Origin: a virus
Taxonomy: Duplodnaviria; Caudoviricetes
Virus record (IMG/VR): IMGVR_UViG_3300038318_000053
Coordinates: 1-26,680 of that record
DNA: 26,680 nt
Direction: 5' to 3' (one strand)
Within the stretch, counting starts at the first letter, position 1. Each line of letters begins with the position of its first letter. The notes under the pieces were generated by a model. That model did not search any database and was not told where the DNA came from. It saw nothing but the letters and a program-made list of their open reading frames with translations. Both the position numbers and the translations under genes were made by a program. Shown piece after piece: positions 24,801-26,680 of the stretch.

Positions 24801-26680
24801 AAAAGCTAAACAAGCTGAAGCAATACTTGAAGCGTATAAAGATGATTATGTCCAAGCATTAAAAGATAGAGAAAAGGCTGAGAAAAACTATCAAACAGCA
24901 TACGAAAAAAATAAAAAAGCACAAGCTAAAGCGGCTAAAACTGGTTCAACGGCAGACGCAAAAGCGGCACAGCAATCTCAGAAAGCCTTAGATAAAGCTA
25001 CTGCTAATCTTCATAAAAATGCTAAAGCCCAAGAGAAATATACTAAGGCTATGAAGTTAGCGGCTGAGGGTAAAACTGATGAAATTATTAAATTAAGTAA
25101 TCAGGAAATAGATACCGCCGATGACGTTACAAGCAAGCATTATGCATCATCTAAGAAAAAAGTAAAAGCTATCAATAAAGAAATTGATGCTATTAATACT
25201 CAAATTGATGGGTATAAAAATTTACAAAAGGGTGTAAGCAAAAATAGTGATGAATACAAAGAGTACCAAAGTCAAATTGATAAATTAAAGACAAAAAAGG
25301 GAGAACTAACGACAGCTCTTAATACCGAAAAGGCGGCGATGAAGTCTAATGGAGATGCCACTAAAAAAGCTGGAGATAAAATGTCGTTAGCTCGTGTGCG
25401 AGCTGTAAATTTAAAGAACACACTACGTAGCGGATGGTCAATTAATCTTTCGGGCGTATTTTCATCTCTTAATAGTCTTATAACCAAAGCTGGTCAAGCA
25501 AGAGAGGCTATTAGGAAAGCAAACGGCGGTGGTACTAGGGGCGTTAACGCCACATCAACTAAAGCCGCAGGCGGTGAGTCTCAGGGTGGAGATACGCTCG
25601 TAGGTGAAAAGGGGCGAGAACTTGTTCAGAGTGGCGATATTGCATATATGGTCGGCGAGTATGGTGCAGAAATTGTCAAATTAAAAAAAGGCGATTTTGT
25701 ATATACTAATGCTCAGACTGAGCGTATGCTCAAAGGTCAAAAGTCATCACCTAGACTTAAAGCTCGTTCAAAAGGTACAAAAGATACTTTAGATAGTTAT
25801 TTTGATACTTACGAGGAATGGTTATCTAAAGGCAGTAAAAGTGTATCACAATATTATAATGCGACTGTAGGAAATGCAACAACATATAAAAAGCGTAAAT
25901 GGATAAGTGCATCTGATTACATGGATGCTTTAGAGAGTAGTGCTAGTACATTATTTTCAACGATGGACGATTTATATGATGCTGGAGCAATTTCTACAAA
26001 AAATTATTATAATAATCTGCTTAAATATGCAAATGCATATAAATCAAAAGGTGCTTTAACTGTTAAAGAGTATTTTGATTATATAACTAAAGCAAAAGAT
26101 ACACTTGTTGATTCTGTCAAGAACGATTTGGAAAAATTAGAAGATAAAACGAGTGGAACTGTAGATTCTTTAGAGTCTAAGTTTGGTGCGTTTACAACTT
26201 ATGCCGATGAGCAAAAGACAATATTGCAAGGGCAATTAGATGCTCTCGATGCTAAAGAATCGGCTTTAAATGGGACTGATTTAGCTGGGCTTCAGAAAAA
26301 CTTGGAAACGGCTCAAAATAGCAAAAATGTTCGAGTGTATAGCGCGGCGAAAGGCTGGCAGTATGAAGCCGACCAAAGTGCTGTCGATGAAGCTCAAAAG
26401 GCTATTGATGAGTATAACCTTAATCAAGAAAAGCAAGCAATACAAGACCAAATGGATGCGTATGATAATTTCTTGAGTGAGCAAGAAACGTATTTGAATA
26501 AATATATTCAAGAACTTGAATTAGGTAAAACTATTGAAGAAGTTGTATTTAAAGATAGAGAACAAAACTTTGATAATTTCAAAGAATCGTATCTCGAATA
26601 TATGAAAGACATGTTGAAGGCTCAGGATGAGTATGTAGCGGCTCAGAAAGAAAACTCATTAGTTTCTAATGCTGATAATT
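18403..26680 (+). CDS. tmp: Tail tape measure protein gene split by 7 group I introns: join(18403..18813,19217..19300,20426..20657,21029..21084,21538..21717,23087..23103,23379..23493,24043..>26680), more than 1244 aa
   Basis: Joined exons read in one frame: SSVARTR|TEMISASTEFKKSG..KVAS|LYQNIAD..EQTIGL|VTAGTE..QVARG|LNTV..LRSTYDILKDL..TLAG|VNQYKV|FAAVMGNF..SGSAAKENSKYMQSLSA|KVEGLKAAWQEL, which is a TP901-type TMP core. Downstream KAAGG..LVGEKGRELV motif. 3' end is outside the window. Confidence 0.93.
18814..19216 (+). ncRNA. TMP group I intron 1 (403 nt, no ORF)
   Basis: P1 CTCGT/GCGAG (U-G); P10 GGT/ACC; P7 AAC-GACTA/TAGTC-T; terminal G19216. Confidence 0.9.
19217..19300 (+). CDS. tmp: TMP exon 2 (84 nt)
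   Basis: TEMISASTEFKKSGYSDKDSAKLAKVAS. Confidence 0.88.
19456..19484 (+). promoter_or_regulatory. Consensus sigmaA/sigma70 promoter inside intron 2
   Basis: TTGACA(19456-19461), 17-nt spacer, TATAAT(19479-19484), with extended -10 TG at 19476-19477; 140 nt upstream of the endonuclease ATG. Confidence 0.75.
19624..20403 (+). CDS. Intron-encoded EDxHD/Vsr-like (PD-(D/E)xK fold) homing endonuclease
   Basis: SD AAGGAG before ATG 19624; CDCG..CEDC zinc motif, SKLE, LPFDFF..LCIEVDGEQH..RDNIK..YC..NI.LLRI. Confidence 0.85.
   Translation: MAWYIPQSQMNNNPLDRKIVIDKISQYGYKPINKNFVYINQETKIPCYDWDGYIVNVAYARLGKVKNFLRFDTKSNLENFVYNANILGSKLNNKSKVVNVYKTSKDKIRKNSRIVVGCICDCGEYFETDWAEWRMGRKSVCEDCITKYSKLEMTVRKFLDWNHIASIYQYKFDDCVLKKCLPFDFFCPMENLCIEVDGEQHRKPRAFNGGDKAFENIQSRDNIKTQYCKNKNIALLRITNKEIINGKYRDKILKATNRK
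20426..20657 (+). CDS. tmp: TMP exon 3 (232 nt)
   Basis: LYQNIADE...IIDSINAVSNNFAVSSGDIG...GNSFEQTIG plus 1 nt. Confidence 0.9.
20658..21028 (+). ncRNA. TMP group I intron 3 (371 nt, no ORF)
   Basis: P1 TTGGGT/GCTCAA; P4 AATTGACGGG/AATCCGCAA; P7 AA-GATTA/TAATC-T; terminal G21028. Confidence 0.9.
21029..21084 (+). CDS. tmp: TMP exon 4 (55-56 nt)
   Basis: (L)VTAGTEVMHGKAQQVARG; 3' boundary ambiguous by 1 nt within a G run. Confidence 0.85.
21085..21537 (+). ncRNA. TMP group I intron 4 (453 nt, no ORF, non-canonical 5' splice site)
   Basis: IGS ATTTAGCCCT is fully complementary to the ligated junction AGGG|CTAAAT; P7 AAC-GACTA/TAGTC-T; similar to intron 1; terminal G21537 (or 21536). Confidence 0.85.
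21538..21717 (+). CDS. tmp: TMP exon 5 (180 nt)
   Basis: LNTVAGRV...YGVSVKDSNGNLRSTYDILKDLSPQWNKMS..TLAG. Confidence 0.9.
21718..23086 (+). mobile_element. TMP group I intron 5 (1369 nt) with endonuclease ORF in the P9 region
   Basis: P1 GGT/GCC; P10 TGATTT/AAATCA; P4 AATTGACGGG/AATCCGCAA; P7 AAC-GCATA/TATGC-T; terminal G23086. Confidence 0.9.
22133..23059 (+). CDS. Intron-encoded EDxHD/Vsr-like homing endonuclease with N-terminal Cys-rich domain
   Basis: SD AAAGGA before ATG 22133; DLTGRKFGLLT..YCSCECG..TSCGC, CECG..CYTC, SRLE, LRFDFYLP..VIEVNGAQH..RDKIK. Confidence 0.85.
   Translation: MKRKFVDLTGRKFGLLTPLYRTHIGDNGKKLEKISYYCSCECGGHCYATYTQLVNGNITSCGCNRGHGGKKYKLKFLDVKKTFNDRELILDANEYINSKTAMNCHDADGYKYSLSNDSVSDKRTKSFDRFCKKNKFVLYNIQHWIDLHGVQTKLLNTEYHGERDVLNLVCECGRPFQSTWNHLQVLDKTKCYTCCNGSRLEQDIEDYLIENDVKYVREKTFKGCRDKISLRFDFYLPEYNHVIEVNGAQHYIEVDMFIDTLAERQRRDKIKLNYCLNHDIGYTAIPYWDITGHKANNKYKETINKILK
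23087..23103 (+). CDS. tmp: TMP exon 6 (17-nt micro-exon)
   Basis: GTAAATCAATATAAGGT encodes VNQYK(V); needed to keep the frame between exons 5 and 7. Confidence 0.82.
23104..23378 (+). ncRNA. TMP group I intron 6 (275 nt, compact, no ORF)
   Basis: P1 AAGGT/GCCTT; P10 AAAT/ATTT; P4 ATCGGT/ACCGA; P7 AAC-GACTG/CAGTC-T; terminal G23378. Confidence 0.88.
23379..23493 (+). CDS. tmp: TMP exon 7 (115 nt)
   Basis: FAAVMGNFKTAIKANETALNSSGSAAKENSKYMQSLSA. Confidence 0.9.
23494..24042 (+). ncRNA. TMP group I intron 7 (549 nt) with endonuclease remnant
   Basis: P1 AGTGCT/GGTACT; P10 TTCGGATTT/AAAGTCGAA; P4 AATTGCTGGAA/AATCAGCAG; P7 AAC-GACTA/TAGTC-T; terminal G24042. Confidence 0.9.
23870..24025 (+). 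pseudogene. Internally deleted homing endonuclease remnant (51-aa ORF)
   Basis: SD AGGTGA; MDYEEIKNKVEQYGYVLLSDSYKS resembles N-terminal parts of the other two TMP endonucleases, and NNDIIYIALPYY..EYIKILN resembles their C-termini (NHDIGYTAIPYW..KYKETIN); catalytic core absent. Confidence 0.75.
24043..26680 (+). CDS. tmp: TMP exon 8 (partial, runs off the window; absent from the ORF track)
   Basis: Frame reads KVEGLKAAWQELILGNGGL..., Ala/Lys-rich coiled coil with hydrophobic segments and the AGG..LVGEKGRELV motif, still open at 26680. Confidence 0.92.

Noticed and set aside
3014-26511. Minus-strand ORFs and short alternative-frame ORFs in the ORF track
   Set aside because: They overlap well-supported + strand genes or ribozyme cores and show no recognisable motifs; treated as shadow ORFs.
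1-26680. CRISPR array, tRNA or rRNA genes
   Set aside because: No regularly spaced direct repeats or cloverleaf seen by eye; recurring motifs belong to intron domains.

Overview
Late (virion morphogenesis) module of a large, AT-rich tailed phage or prophage, probably of a Bacillota host (strong AAAGGAGG Shine-Dalgarno sites, a consensus sigmaA promoter). All credible genes are on the + strand, in an SPbeta-like order: putative TerS, TerL, portal, ferritin-like protein, prohead protease/scaffold, decoration protein, major capsid, head-tail joining genes, tail tube, an orphan MazF, a RuvC-like resolvase and the tape measure protein (TMP, running off the window end). The ORF track misses the main feature: eight group I self-splicing introns. 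One splits the TerL Walker A motif (1550-3293) and carries a LAGLIDADG endonuclease with four HTH-like repeats in its P1 loop. Seven are packed into 684 nt of TMP coding sequence (4545 nt of intron between 18814 and 24042), with exons as short as 17 nt, two EDxHD/Vsr-like endonucleases and one internally deleted remnant. I derived the splice junctions by hand from P1/P10 pairing, terminal G and restoration of one open reading frame. Other notable points: one intron lacks the U-G 5' splice-site wobble, four introns share a covarying multi-hairpin P7.1 domain, peripheral domains appear shuffled between introns, a perfect sigmaA promoter lies inside one ribozyme, and the protease gene may start at ACG with two nested scaffold starts. 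No database searches were run; protein calls rest on motifs and synteny.
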